Of a stretch of DNA of 64,000 nt, positions 38,230 to 55,800 are shown in pieces. Location: the NCBI RefSeq assembly GCF_009914755.1, contig NC_060943.1, one strand, 5' to 3'. Numbering within the stretch: the stretch's first letter is position 1; every line of letters begins with the position of its first letter. The notes beneath the pieces were generated by a model. The model had not been told where the DNA came from. It searched no databases and saw nothing but the letters and a program-made list of their open reading frames with translations. The position numbers and the translations under genes were made by a program. The DNA is from the human T2T-CHM13v2.0 reference genome, Homo sapiens.

Positions 38230-38690
38230 CAGATGTCTCATTTCCAGACAGGTAAACTGAGACTGAGAAGTTCAGCTATTTGCCCAAGCCCTGAGATGTC
38301 CCCATTTTACAAACAGGTAAACTGAGGCTCAGAGAAAGAACCATTTATCCAAGCGCCAAAATTGTCTCCATTTCCAGATGGGTAAACTGAGGCTGGGAAG
38401 TTCAGCTATTTGCCCAAGCCCTGAGATGTCCTCATTTTACAAACAGGTAAACCGAGGCTTGGAGAAATAGAACCATTTATCCAAGCCCCAAAACTGTCTT
38501 CATTTCCACATAGGTAAGCTGAGGCTGAGTTCAGCTATTTGCCCAAACCCTGAGATGTCCCCATTTCACAAATAAACTGAGGCTCAGAGAAATTTAACCA
38601 TTTATCCAAACCCTGAAATTGTCCCCATTTCCATTTGGGTAAACTGAGGCTCAGAGAGGTTTCAACAGTTGCCAGAGGTCACACAGCCGG
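38230..38690. repeat. MIR-core-derived tandem array, 7 x ~65 bp, 130-bp dimeric higher-order unit
   Basis: aaactgag-type motif every ~65 bp; gttcagctatttgccc at 38270, 38400, 38529. Confidence 0.9.
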
Positions 38691-39207
38691 CAAGAGGCAG
38701 CACTGAGCCTCAAATCTGAGGTTTCCTGACCTGACAGGGAACTGCAGGCCCCACGGTCCCCGCCTGAGCTGGCGTGAGCCTTTAGCGGAAGCCCTCCCCA
38801 GCTCTGCACAGCAGACACCCTCGCGGCCGTGCCTTGCTGGAGTATCCACAGTGACACACAGCCCTGTTGGTGGCTGGGCTTTTTCAGGCTTAAAAGGGAG
38901 GTAATATCACCTAACACCAGCTATATTTTTAAAAACCCCACAGCACTCAGGAGGCTGGCCCGTCAGCGCAGCACCACGTCCGTGGGCAGGCAGAGGCCCC
39001 GGAACTCGAGGACGTGGCTATTTTAAAGGGGCTATTTCTGGAGGCTGAGGTGAGAATGCGGGGGTGGGAGGAAGAAGCAGCCGCGGGGACCGACTCGAGC
39101 CCGCCCCGACTGGCCGACTCCCGGGTTGGGGGTGGTTAAAAGCAAGAACGTGGAAGCCACCTGCTCCCCGCAAGCACTGCCTCCAGCCCGCAGAAAGACC
39201 TCAGGCG

Positions 39208-39988
<781 letters not shown>

Positions 39989-40079
39989 GCATTCAACAGA
40001 GAAATGGTGGCAAGGGCTTTGAGTCAAAGAGAGCAGAAGGGGGAAGACAGGAAACTAGGTGGTGGGGCAGGCTGCAAGT

Positions 40080-40535
40080 TTAAATAGGGTGATCGGGGAG
40101 GCCTCATTTAAAAGTGACCTGAGACGTGAAGGAAGTCAGGGAGGTTGCTGTTTGGGGAAAAGCATTCCAGGCAGAGGGCACAGACTGTGCAAAGGCCCTG
40201 GGGCGGGACCATGCCTGGTGTATTGGAGGAACAGCGAGGAGGCCCGTGTGGCTGGAACAGAGTGAGGACGGGGAGAGAGGAAGGAGGGGACGGCAGGGAA
40301 GGGATGGAGCAGGTTGTGCAAGGCCTGGTGGGCTACAGGGAGGACTTGGGGTTTTCCCCCAAGAGGTGAGAGCCATAGAGGGCTATAGGCAGAGGAGGGA
40401 TGGGACCTGACTCAAGAACTGAAAGATGTCATTGTGGGAAGACAGACTGTGGGAGTGAGGGCTGGGGTCACACCAGAGCAGAGGTGACCGTGTTGGTCCA
40501 GGTGATGATGGGAGCTGGACCAGGTGGAGGCAGAG
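40080..40535 (-). mobile_element. L2-derived element (homogenised-type copy)
   Basis: Reverse L2 3' region. Confidence 0.75.
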
Positions 40536-40560
40536 GATAGAACAAAAATGAAAAAATGAA

Positions 40561-40878
40561 GGCCACGTGCAGTGGCTCATGCCTGTAATCCCAGCACTTT
40601 GGGAGGCCAAGGTGGGTGGAATGCTTAAGCTCAGAAGTTCAAAACCAGCCTGGCCAACATGGTGAAACCCCATCTCTACAAAAAATACAAAAATCAGCCA
40701 GCATGGTGGCACGTGCCTGTCATTCCAGCTACTCGGGAGGCTGAGGCAGGAGAATCGCTTGAACCTGAGACAGAGGCTGTGGTGAGCCAAGATTATGCCA
40801 CTGCACTCCAGCCTGGGAGACAGAGCAAAACCCTGCCTCAAAAAAAAAAAAAAAAAAAAAAAAAGAAAGAAAAAAAGG
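40561..40878 (+). mobile_element. Alu
   Basis: Alu consensus. Confidence 0.9.
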
Positions 40879-41579
40879 GAAAGCAAGCTGGCCTGTGTAC
40901 AGTACTCAGCGCACAGTCCGGCACACAGCAAGTGCTCAGCATACATTGGCTTGTATTATTTTTAGGGTCTTAGGCTCTGTACTCTGAACCTGAAACCCGC
41001 TTCCCCTGGCAGGACCCAGGAGAAGACAGTGACCCCTGTGCCTGGGAGCATTTTGTGTATGGAAGGGGACACAGTTTTCACTCTCATGTCCCTATTGGCC
41101 TGTCCCAGGCTGGCGGCAGCTGATCAGACCAGGGCCAGATCTGATGGTTGCAATGGAGGAGGAGAGGAGAAGGAGGTAGTGACCCATGGGTTAAAGGGGG
41201 GAGGCCCCCAGGTGTGTCAGGATGCAGCCCTGCCACAAAGCGTGGGGTCAGCCCAATCCTAACTCAACTCTACTTGCTGTGTGACCCTGCACAAGTCACA
41301 TCCCCTCTCTGAGCCTCGGTTTCCTTATCTGCGAAAGTGGGGCAGTGGTTGCAGGCTTCTCACAGGGCTGTGCAGATTCAACAGGACCACGAGGCACTCA
41401 GCTAGAGGTGGGATCCGTGTCAGCACCCATCACGCTTGGTCGTTCACCATCATCCCCATCCTCACACTGTTTGCAAAACTTCGAGTCTGGGGTCTCTGGA
41501 GCACAGGGGCAAGAAGAGCCACATCCCCAGGAGAGCCACATCCCCAGAAGGTGTCCCAAGGTTCATGTTCTGCCACCGT

Positions 41580-41990
41580 TTGGATCCAGTTGAATTGCAA
41601 ATGCCAGAAAAAGCACAAATAAGGAATGATTTCTCTTTTCACCTAAGGGAAGCTGCCAGGTTGGCCATTCAGGGTTATTTTCCCCTCCCCGACAATCACT
41701 GGGGCCCAGGCCCCTTCCACCTCTTTGATCCCCCATTCTTATCTATGACACCTGCCTCATGGTCCAAAATGGCTGCCTGAGCACCTGCCATCATCTCCAT
41801 ATTCCAGCTGACAGGTAGAGAGGAGCATGTGCCACTTCTCTTGAAAGGCATTTCCAGAAAATCCTGCTTATTTACGCCATGGGTCAGCATTGAATCATAT
41901 GGCACAGACAGCTGCAAGGTGCACTGAGAAATGTTTTCTTTCCCCCAGGTGGCCATGTGCCCAGATAAAAACTGTAAAGTTCAACTGCTA
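41580..41990 (-). mobile_element. Old MLT1 (J/K-like) LTR remnant
   Basis: ctcatggtccaaaatggctgcc..tcatatggcac..agctgcaagg..ctgagaaatgt. Confidence 0.55.
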
Positions 41991-42503
41991 CGGAGTCGGG
42001 GGATATGATGGGATATTGGGAGATCCCGCCACAATATCCCATGTGGGCCATGGGGCCAGGTCTTGGGTCTCAAACCAGCGCATCTGAGACATTTTAACCT
42101 GGAAAGAGAAGAGAGACGTCATCGGGGCCGGCCCCCTGCCTCCACACCACGACGGTTTCACTCATTCCAACATCCACCTCCCAAAAGACTCCAAGGTCAG
42201 AAGCAGTGGCCACGACCCAAGCACAGGCTCTGCCCAAGGCGTCCCCAAGGACAGGCCCCCACCGGCAATCTGTGCTCCCCAAGCACTGGGGCTGAGCCAC
42301 CAAGCACCCCCATTCAGCCTCCTTCCTGCCTGCCGAGGACACCGGCCAATTCATCTCCTTCTCCTCAGTAAACAACTGTCAGGGAAAATAAATAGTTTTT
42401 AATAGGCTCATTAATTGAATTCAGGAAGAAATCACCTTCTCCCCAGGCCATGGGGAAGCAACGCTCAGTTCAAGAAATTCAGGCCGAAGGCAGAAGGGGC
42501 TCA

Positions 42504-42899
<396 letters not shown>

Positions 42900-43145
42900 T
42901 TAAGGCTAAAAGCCTCAGGTGGGTGCTAGGATGTCTTAAACACCTCAGGGGTGCTCAGGCTTCAGCTTTCAGCCTGGAACAGACAGAGGCAAAAGCAGCA
43001 AGAATTTAATGCCCTTGTTTTGCTCTCACCACATTTATTTTTAAGGTTGTACCTTCAAGGACATACCAGGTTTCCGTTCACAAGAGCAAGACAAAGTTTT
43101 CTCTTTTACGTTTTAAAAGAGAATGGGTTTAAACAAAACGTGTCA

Positions 43146-43499
<354 letters not shown>

Positions 43500-44059
43500 C
43501 TAGTCCTTAGGCGATGGGGCAGCAAAACACCAGATATAGAGTCCAAAGACCCTGCAGAGTGACCTCGGCACAGACCTAGAGAGTCACAACTGACCCTCCA
43601 CACCTGCTGAGGGTTCTGTCCACATTGACGTGACTCAGTTTCCCCACTGAGGCTGAGGTGGTCCAAGGGTAGCCCCGCTCGCACTCCCAGCCCAGCTCCT
43701 GCCAGCGTGGCAGCCTGCCCTGCGACTCGGTCTGCGCAGGGCTTGCTGTAGGTGCCCGCCAATCTGCTCTCCGCACTGCAGTGGGCACACTCCAAGCGCA
43801 ACTCAATACCCCGGACACAGCGACTCCCCAGCGCCCCCAAGCCCCATATGCAGGTCCTGCGACCTTGCTTCCAGAGGGCACTGATCATCAAGCTGTATTT
43901 TATGATATCTTAGCCAGTTTGGGGCTTACTCCAAGCGTGTTTAGCATAGATCCTTCCAATACCAAGACCCTTCTACCCAAGAGACAGCCTCACCCCCATT
44001 TTGCAGACGAGAAAACTGAGGCCCTGGAGGGTGAAACCACTGCCCCAGGGTCACACTGA

Positions 44060-44522
<463 letters not shown>

Positions 44523-44636
44523 TAAAATCATCTGGCCCAACCACTGTACACTTTCTGGGGGTCCCCAGACCCTTTGGGCCTCTCACCTTCTCCTCAGGAG
44601 ACAAGAAATCTCACAGACTGTTTTAGAGTTCCCTGA

Positions 44637-45203
<567 letters not shown>

Positions 45204-45281
45204 TAGCTGAGAGCACACAGCATTTCCGCTGGGAACCCAGTCTCCTGGCCTCCCTGCCCAAGGGCAGAGTGAGCTGAGCTT

Positions 45282-45439
45282 TAATCCCAGCACTTTGGGA
45301 GGCTGAGACAGGTGGATCACCTGAGGACAGGAGTTCAAGACCAGCCTGGCCAACATGGTGAAACCCAGTCTCTACTAAAAATACAGCCAGCCATGGTGGT
45401 GCGTGCCAGTAATCCCAGCTACTCAGGAGGTTGAGGTCA
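45282..45439 (+). repeat. Inverted local copy of the internal segment 44837-44993 of the neighbouring Alu
   Basis: Shares private variants; no 5' end, tail or TSD. Confidence 0.8.
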
Positions 45440-46024
45440 CTGTGGCTGCCTCTCCCTGCAACATCACCCACTCCGAGTACTCTCAGAGCAGGACCAGGGG
45501 GCTCTTGCTGTGAGCTGCCGAGGCAGGGCTTTCCCCATCATTACCTGCCTGATCAAGGTCATTAGACGTGGCAATGCTGGTACACGCAGGCCAGGCGGCA
45601 GCTCCCAGGAGCCAGACGGGCTGATCTGGAGGGGCAGGTGAGGTGTGGCGGAGCTTAGGTCCTAAAGGGGTTGCAGACAGAGCGATATCGTGAGGGAAAA
45701 CAAAACGGGGTGCGGGAGGCAATGGCGGGGTAGGGGTGGCCTGGCCAGAAACAGAGCTCCCGGCAGAGCAAGGACAAAGGCCTGGAGGTGGAAACAGGAG
45801 AAGGATAGGTCTACATGGAGTGGAACGGACAAAGGGGAGGGGAAGAGGAGGAGAGATGAGGCCAGCGGCCCACAGAGAGGAGTCTGAGGGTGCCATCCAG
45901 AGAGGGAAAGTGACTTCCCCGAAGTCACACAGCTCGTAAGGGGCAAAAACACATCCTGGCCGATAACATCTTTGCTCCCAGCCACTGTGGGAAGTGGCCT
46001 CTGGCTACATCGTAGCTAACAATC

Positions 46025-47024
<1,000 letters not shown>

Positions 47025-47727
47025 TTAGCGGCCCCCACCACGGGGGACTTTCCGCCCGCTTGGGTTAGTTCTCCTCTGTTGCAGCTGTTTGGAGAATGTG
47101 GGTTTGAGGTTCCAACCTCATCACCCCTAACGGTTCACGAAGCTGTGGGGAGAGAGGGTAGACTCATCCAGCTCCTCCTGTGCACCTTGGGCTCCTGGCC
47201 CCGTTATCAATGTGACACCACTGAATTCCCAGTGATGCAGCAGGCAAGACTCGTCCCCATTTCACAGATGAGAAAACTGAGGCTCAGGGGAAGGAAATAA
47301 TGAGGTCATCTCACACAGCCAGGGAGGGTCTTTGTCAGGATCCGAACCTGGGGCGTTCAGACCCCTAATGCCCTTCCCCAGCAGGGCCGGAGTCTGGGCT
47401 CCCAGGGCCAGATGGGGCCAAGAGAAAAAGTCCTGGGACCTGGCAGCCTCTCTGCACCCTGCTGATATCTGGGAGTTGAAGCCAGCACTGTTGCCGGAAA
47501 CCCCGGCAGTTCACACTCTCTAGAATTCATCCGACAGGGGCAATTACCCACTTCCAATAATCAATGGGGCAGTGGAACCAGGACAGATGTGCAGAGGGAA
47601 CCCATTAGCAATCTAAGCGTTCTGGCCCCGCGAGACGTCAGGGAGCGTGTGGGGTGGACGCTCAGGGACAAAGGCACCATCTGCCTGATTTCTCTCGCTG
47701 TCTTGGGTCTTCAGCATAAGTCAGGGC

Positions 47728-47735
<8 letters not shown>

Positions 47736-47766
<31 letters not shown>

Positions 47767-48041
47767 GGCCTTGCTCTGTTGCCCAGGCTGGAGTGGAGTG
47801 ATGCAATCATAGCTCACTGCAGCCTCAAACTCTTAGGCTCAAGCAATCCTCCCACCTCAGCCTCCCCAGTAGCTGGGACCGTACGTGTGCACCCCAACCC
47901 TCGGCTGATTTTTTTTTGTTTTTTGTAGAGATGAGGTCTCACTGTGTTGCCCAGTCTGATCTTGAACTCCTAGGCTCAAGCAATCCTCCCGCTTTAACCT
48001 CCCAAAGTGTTGGGATTATGGACGTGAGCCACCATGCCTGG
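47736..48041 (-). mobile_element. Alu (J-like) with inverted-polarity tail
   Basis: A-run on + strand where a T-run is expected. Confidence 0.85.
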
Positions 48042-48047
48042 CAAAAT

Positions 48048-48258
48048 CAGGGTTTCTAAACCTCAGCACAGTGTACATGAGGGTGGGGTCATTATCTGGG
48101 ATGGGGTCATCCTGGCCATTACACAGAGTTGAGCAGCATCTCTGGCTTCCACCTACTCCATACCAGCAGCACCCCCCTGGACATGACACCCAAAAATGTC
48201 CCCAGACGTTGCCAAGTGTGCCCAGGGGAGCAAAAGTGACCCCGGCTGAGAACCACAG
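48048..48258 (-). mobile_element. MER20 (hAT) DNA transposon
   Basis: cagggtttct..caaaaatgtccccagacgttgccaa..tgagaaccac. Confidence 0.85.
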
Positions 48259-48736
48259 CAGTACACTCAACGAGTAATACTGGTAACCCGGGTGCTCCAG
48301 CCCCAAGAGCAAACGACTGCGCTACAGAAAGAACGAGGGATGGAGAAGCAGGTCCTGCCGCCAGTAGATAATTCGCAGCCCTGCCCCGCGGGACAGCCGG
48401 CTTCCTTCTACGCAGTATTTAATTTAAGTCAAGTTTATCATTATGACCAATATTAATATAATCAGAGCCAACGTTTATCGAGCGCGGACGCTGGCCCAGG
48501 CCCTGTTCTCAGCACTCTCTGTAAGCTATCACACTGGTGCCTCTAAAGAACCGCAGAGGTGGCTGGGAGTCTTAAACCCATTTCACAGGCCTGGAAACTG
48601 AGGCCCGCGGACGGCAATGGAGGTGTCAGAAGTCACGCAACTTTTAATTGTTGGGGAAGGGGTCAAAGTCCACGGTGGCCCTGGATTTCTGTACTGTGCC
48701 ATGTTAAGATGTTTCAACCCAAGGATGTTAAAATAG

Positions 48737-49057
<321 letters not shown>

Positions 49058-49481
49058 TAAAATCTAGATTTCTGCTTTTCCTTGGAAAAACCAACAGATC
49101 TGGCCCTGGAGCCATTCAGGGCTTCCTTGGAGGTTGAAGAAGCCTTTTTGGCCCATACGACCCGCTGGAGTGGAGACTCCAGCCCTGACAGGCGTTATGG
49201 CTTGAGAATCACACACCCGCCATGGCTTCCTGCCTCGGTTTCTCCCTTTGGACTGGTGAAAGGGGTCCCTGTCCATCCTCCTGCGCAAGGCCCAGCAGCA
49301 GGCAGGCAGGCATGGCTGTGTGGTCTTGGGCAAGTTGCTCTCCCTCTCTGGGCCTTGGCCTGACAGATGTTCCAAGAAGCATTCCCAACATTCCAGGTTT
49401 TCTGTTGATCCTGATGTTGGCAGCCCAGCTCTGGGGGCTTTCAGAGAACTCTGACCGCACATCTAAAAAATGCAATTTGTT

Positions 49482-50140
<659 letters not shown>

Positions 50141-50979
50141 ATGCGATTCGAACTCCTTGGGGTGGGGGGTCCTGTGTGGTCTTCCCCAGCTAAAGTCAAC
50201 TCTTCTCTTCTTGTTTCCGCCCCCCTCACCTCCAGCCACAAAGCAGCAGGTGCCACTCTCAGTCTCTGTCCTTGGTGCCCCCCACACCAGTTCATCTGTC
50301 TCCACTTATGATAGAGGCAATGTCAAAGCACCCATTTTACAGATCAGGAAACTGAGGCACAGAACAGCTTTATTACTAGCCCAAGCCCCACAGCTGCTTA
50401 GATTCTGGCTTCCAAGTTCCTTAGCAGCAGGTTTCCAGCAATCCTGATGGAATGAATGAATTAATGAACTGGTGAATATTCGAATGAATGCATGCATGCT
50501 CGCTCGCACACCATGCTTGTCAACCGATCACTTTCCTGAGTGCCCATCAAATGACTGCTGTCAAACCCCCAAATCCCCCCCAAACTCCCCCCTTTGGTGA
50601 TCACTCGGGCCCACCAGGGGCTCTGGAAGTTGGGAGCCACATGTGGAGTCCCTGGAGTGCCCGGAGCTCCCAAGGCAGCCACGTGTCCTCCCTGTCCACC
50701 ATCCAGGCCCCCTGTGGTTCAGCTCCCGCCAGTCGCCCAGTCCTGCCGCAGAAGTGGGGCGGCCTTGATTAAGCAGCCAGTGAAGGGGAACGCCCCAGTT
50801 TGCAGTGGCTGAGTCATCCTGACATCTCCCTGGTGCTGGACCCCATCGGGGGGCTGAGGGCGGGGTAGCGGGGCGCGGGTGGACACTGGAGAGCCCCTCT
50901 TGGGCAGGTCCTTCAACATATCAGTGTAGCTCCCATGTTGTCAAAAATAATAACAAAAACAGAATAGAGGTGGCAGCTA

Positions 50980-51200
50980 CATTCTAGGTGCCGTTCTGAA
51001 TCTGTGCTTACACACGTTAACTCATTTCTTCCTCCTAACAATCCCTCAAGGTGGGCACTGTTACTCTTCTCCATAGACAGATGAGGAAGACGGAAGCACA
51101 GAGAGGTTGAGCAACTTGCCCCAGGTCACACAGCCAACAAGTCGGCAGAGCCGGGATTTGAACCCCATGCAGCCTCAGTCCAGCATCCTTGCTCTTAACC
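50980..51200. mobile_element. MIR
   Basis: cagatgaggaa..gcacagagaggttgagcaacttgccccaggtcacacagc..gggatttgaaccc. Confidence 0.8.
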
Positions 51201-52876
51201 TCTGAGAAAAGGCAGTCAAGAGCCCTGGGGTGTGTGTGTGCGGGGGGTGTCTCTGTAGCGATTCAGGTGGCCCCCGCAGCAGATGGACTGCTGTCCAAAC
51301 AAACATCCCTGACAATCGGGCAGAGCTCCTTCCAGGCGTTAGGAATCCAGGTTGTGGCAGCCAACAGCTTGTGGGCTGTGTGAAGTGACCTCAGGCCAGT
51401 GAAGGCCCCTCCCTGTGCCTCAGTTTCCCTCTCTGCAAAATAGGGCTCAGATCACAGCAACTCCGCTGACAGGGGATGGCAGGTTGGAGGAGACAAGGAT
51501 GCTACTGACTTGCTTACTTAGCAGAGGGCCTGGCACGGGGCGCCAACTCTAAATAGTCGGAGCAGCTGTTATTATCCCCCCGACATCCCCTCATTTGCTG
51601 ATCACGGGGGTTAATTATAAGCGGCATTAAATTATACACACACAGACGCGCCAACCTCGCTTCCCCAGAACCCCTGAATTTCCGCAAACTCTCAATTACC
51701 CACGTGACAGCGCGACGATGGGCCATCCTCCCAGCCTCTCTCCCCACAGCCTGCCTCATCCGAGGGTCCCAGGCTTCCAGAGCCATGGCTTCTCCGCCCG
51801 CCGGATACCCCTCTGGGTGTCCAGGAGCGGAAGGAAGGATGCATGCGACTGACTGCGGACGCGTTGAGAGCCAGGGGAGGCATGTTTACCCACAGCATCT
51901 CATGTCAAGGCTCGCCGCGACGCAGACTGCGACTGTACTGATCTTAGAGATGAGAGAACACAGAGAGGTCAGGCAACCCGCCCTAGTTTGCACAGCTCAA
52001 GTGAGGAGGGTGGCTCAAGTCAGGGCTCTGACCTGGAACCCAGAGGGGTAACCTCATTCTGTAAGTGAGGAAGCTCCTGCACGGAGAACTGAAAGGGAAG
52101 AGGGGAAGTCATCCAGGAAGGAAGGAAGGCAGGCAGGCAGGTGAGATCTGGGAGAAAAAGGGGAATTTTCAGTTCTCCAGGTAGGGGGAACAGGAGACAG
52201 CTGGCCCTTCCTATAAGGGGCTTATGGCAAAGATCAAAAACAACTTAAAAGGAGCAAGGCCACCCAGATAACATAAAGAGTACGAGATGAAATCTGTCCC
52301 CATGAAACGGGACATTTGTGATCCAGCCCCAGTTACGGCGATGGGGACCGGAGGAGGGAGTCCCCATGATCCAAAAATCCAGGCTCTGAACCCCCAACCA
52401 GGGTGGGATCCGCGGGAATCAGAAGGAAACAGGAAGCCGCACAGAAACCTGGGTTTATTTTCAGATGTGGAATATCCCCTCGGCCTCTGCGGGGCGCAGA
52501 GGGTGCCTTGATTCCGGGGAACAGAAGAGGGGATTCCACGGCTAGCCCAGAATAGCACCAGCCCCCAGGTCCAGTCTGGCCAGGCCACGATGTTGGGGGA
52601 CCGGCAGCTCCATGGAGGAGGAGGAGGAGGAAAAAAAAAAAAGAGAGAGACAAAAATAAAGCGATGTGAAAGTGGAGGGCCTGTCCGTGAATCACTCCTA
52701 CCCGTTAATTTTCGCCTTTGGAGAAGTGTAAGCCAATTGATTTTTCAAATTCCCCACACACAACCCCCTCCCCAGCGCTTCTCAAATATCAGCCAGAGAC
52801 AAGACAGAAATGGTACGTCGGGTTTTTTTTTTTCTTCCCTTTTTGGTTGAGAGTCTTTTCTTTCCTTAAAGGAAAA

Positions 52877-52894
52877 GGGGGGGGGGGGGGGGGG
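52877..52894 (+). repeat. G18 homopolymer
   Basis: Direct. Confidence 0.95.
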
Positions 52895-55800
52895 AAACCA
52901 CACACTCCACACTCTTGAACCTCAGGGTTAGAGAGACCCAGGTGTCACCTGTTTCCTAGACATTTTGGGGCTGCCACTCTCTGCGTGAGACAACAGCCAC
53001 CCTTTCCCTCGATCACATCCCCTACACTTCACTTCCTCTCTCCGTGTCCCCCTTCCTCAATTCAGAATGTCACCTGGTGATAAGATGACATGCATTTGAG
53101 CCTCAATCCCCTTCCAGCATCCCCTCTCCTCTGCCCCGCAAGCCACAAGCTGGCAGCTTTCCGATTCCAGAGCAAGGTAAGGTGTGAAAATGACAAAATT
53201 CACAGTTTAAAAAGCCCTTGAAACCTTCAAGCCCCGGATACGTGCCTTGGTCCGTGAATCCATGGTGAATTTTTGGTTTTTTTGTTTTGTTTTGTATCAG
53301 CTTGCCACACGAATCCTGCGAGGAACAGCAGTTATGTCTTAATCTCCTCTCCTCCTGTCCCCACCGGAGGCTGAGCCACTCTGCCTGGTGAGCGGTTGGA
53401 GGGTGGGGCGGCGGCGGGTGGTGGGGGGGAGGGTCTCTCTTCAAATTCCCCTCCCTGGGCATCTTTTGCCGCAGGGAAGGACGGAGGAAGGGCAACCTGC
53501 ACAGGCTTTGCCCGAGAAGGGTTCTCATCCTCCTTGCAAATTCTAAGAGGACACCCACCCATTGGAAGGTGAGCCAGGAGCCTACCCTGGATGCAGAGGA
53601 GAGCTGGGGAGTGCCCCTTTCTGGGACCCCTGTCTCCTTCCAGAAAGTACGAGACCCTCCCAGAAGGGGGCTACAGCGGTCAGCACTGCGCCCGCCAAAC
53701 CTAAAGCTCATCTCAAGATCTTCCCGTGGCTCCGACCGACTCTGCAAATGGAGCTTAATGGGTAGCAGGGGGAAGGAATTGCTCTCAGCCGAAAAACATT
53801 AAGCTTTGTCAATTATCCCCCAAACCCGCTGGGTTTATAAATATCCCTTTTTATTTTTAGGGTTTTCCCTCCCGCTCGCCCCCATCCCGAACTCTCTCCA
53901 CGCCCCGCTTCTTCCCCCACGCACACGGCGGCTGCACCGTCACAGAAAGCAGGTGAACGCGGGGCCACGGGGCGCTCGGGTAGAAATGCCACGTCGCACC
54001 ACCAAGTCACACCGTCCCTGCCCGTCCCTCTCCGGCCATCCCACTAACTATTGTATTGGGGCCATGCAGCCGCTGGAATAATCAGCGAAGCCACAGGTCT
54101 CCCCATCTTGGCAAGTGGAGGTGTGCGCTGCCCTCAGACATCTGTGAACCGCTGTTCAACGCCAACCCCGAAGGCAGAAGGGGAAACCAAGTCACCTCCC
54201 AGAAAGACGTTTGATGAGCAGAGATAGATTTGCCTCCAGACTGGTACCAGGTCTGGGGAAACCCAGGCAGAGCCCCAGGCTCTATGCGACCCAAAGAAGA
54301 AAAAAATGGGTGCACAGTGATGGCTCCAGGTCTCCCCACCCAGATGCTACCACGAAATCCCTGGCATCCACGAAGCTTCCCCCTGTTCCATGGTGGAAAT
54401 TGGGGGAAAATGGACTTGTGTCTCCAAGCAGGGTCCATGGACACTGGACGATGCCTGAAATCCCCTGGGAGGCAGGGAAAAAAGGCGCACTGAACGCTCA
54501 ACCGGGGTATAAGGAGTGATTTTTTTTTCTCTGCTGGCAGCAGGCAGGAACCTGGGGTTTGAATGTCCCCTTCTCTGTCGCCACCTCACGCAGACTTCAG
54601 AGGCTCTCAAGGTTTCCTGGAGAGGGGGAAATCGTCCCCGGAGCTGACCTGCCAACCAGTAGCACCCTCCAGCGCCTCAGCCGGGCCACGCCAAAATGAC
54701 CTGTCACCCATCTCCCGCGGGGAGTGGGGAGCGGGCCAGTCCACCGCCTCTTGGGACGGCATCTCTGGACGGCCACTGACAGTACCAGTCTCTGTCACCC
54801 CCTGGGGGGTTAGGGGCAATGTCATCGGCCAGGGTGGCAGAAATAGAAAAGTGCGTGAGCTCACCAGGCAGCCTGGGTCTCCTGCGACGTTTTGTTTGCC
54901 TGAGCCCAATTAGAACAACTCTCAGGATGATGGAGTATGGCGGGCGGTGGCCCCCAGGGGGCTGGGAGGCCTAGCCCCCATGCAGAAGTGCACCGTCATG
55001 ATGAGGGTGTCCCCCGGGCCTGGGGAACAGGGCAGGACCCTGCTTCCCGGAGGGAAATAATGAAGACTCCGCCAGCCTGCCAGCCAGAAAGAGATGCCCC
55101 ACGGAAGGCTTTGTGGAGGGCAGCGGGGGGGTAGGGGAGGGATGCCCAGGTGGGGACTCAGTCAGGCCCAAGCTGGGGGGCTGTGGGATTTGAGGGCGGG
55201 AAGCAGCCGCCCCCAGCCCCAGCTGCCTGCCTTCCACCGCCAAAATATCAGCTGGCAAAGAAAGAAGAGCAGAGGGACAGAAGGCAGGCGCGATTGGCAG
55301 GGGGAGGGGGGCACAAAGGAAGGGACCCTGGGAGGGGGAGGGGACTTATGCAAATGGCAGATTCGACCAAGTCCCTGGGCCATTAATAAACGCTCCAGCA
55401 GCTGCCGCTGGTCTCGCAGGAGCAGAGGAGCGGGATGGCTTCCTTCTCCCGGGCGAAAGGCGGCAGAAAGAGGGAAGAAGGGCGCCCCAGACAAAGAGGC
55501 GCCGTCACCCTCTGCACCCCAAGGACAGCAGCGATAGGGGGCCACCCAGAGGAGGCCAGAATCCCAGCAGCCAAAGTCCGGGTGGTGGCGGACGGGAGCC
55601 CGGAGCGTGTGGGTCCCTGTCCTTGGGACCCTAGGGGTCTCTTCCTGCCTCCTCCGGCTTCTAGGTATCATCCCTGCTGCTCAGCCGGGACTCCGACACC
55701 TCGGACACCCGCTTCACTAGCCGCGGCTGCCGGGATGTGTTTTTAGGGTCTCGGCCAGAGGCAGGAGGACCCCATGCTCAGAAGGGGGCTCCCCTAGATT

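Noticed and set aside
38230-38690. CRISPR-like regular array
   Set aside because: Eukaryotic DNA, no unique spacers, no cas genes; units align to the MIR core
55510-55535. REST/RE1-like motif (also ~38967)
   Set aside because: Half-site spacing or right half does not fit the canonical RE1
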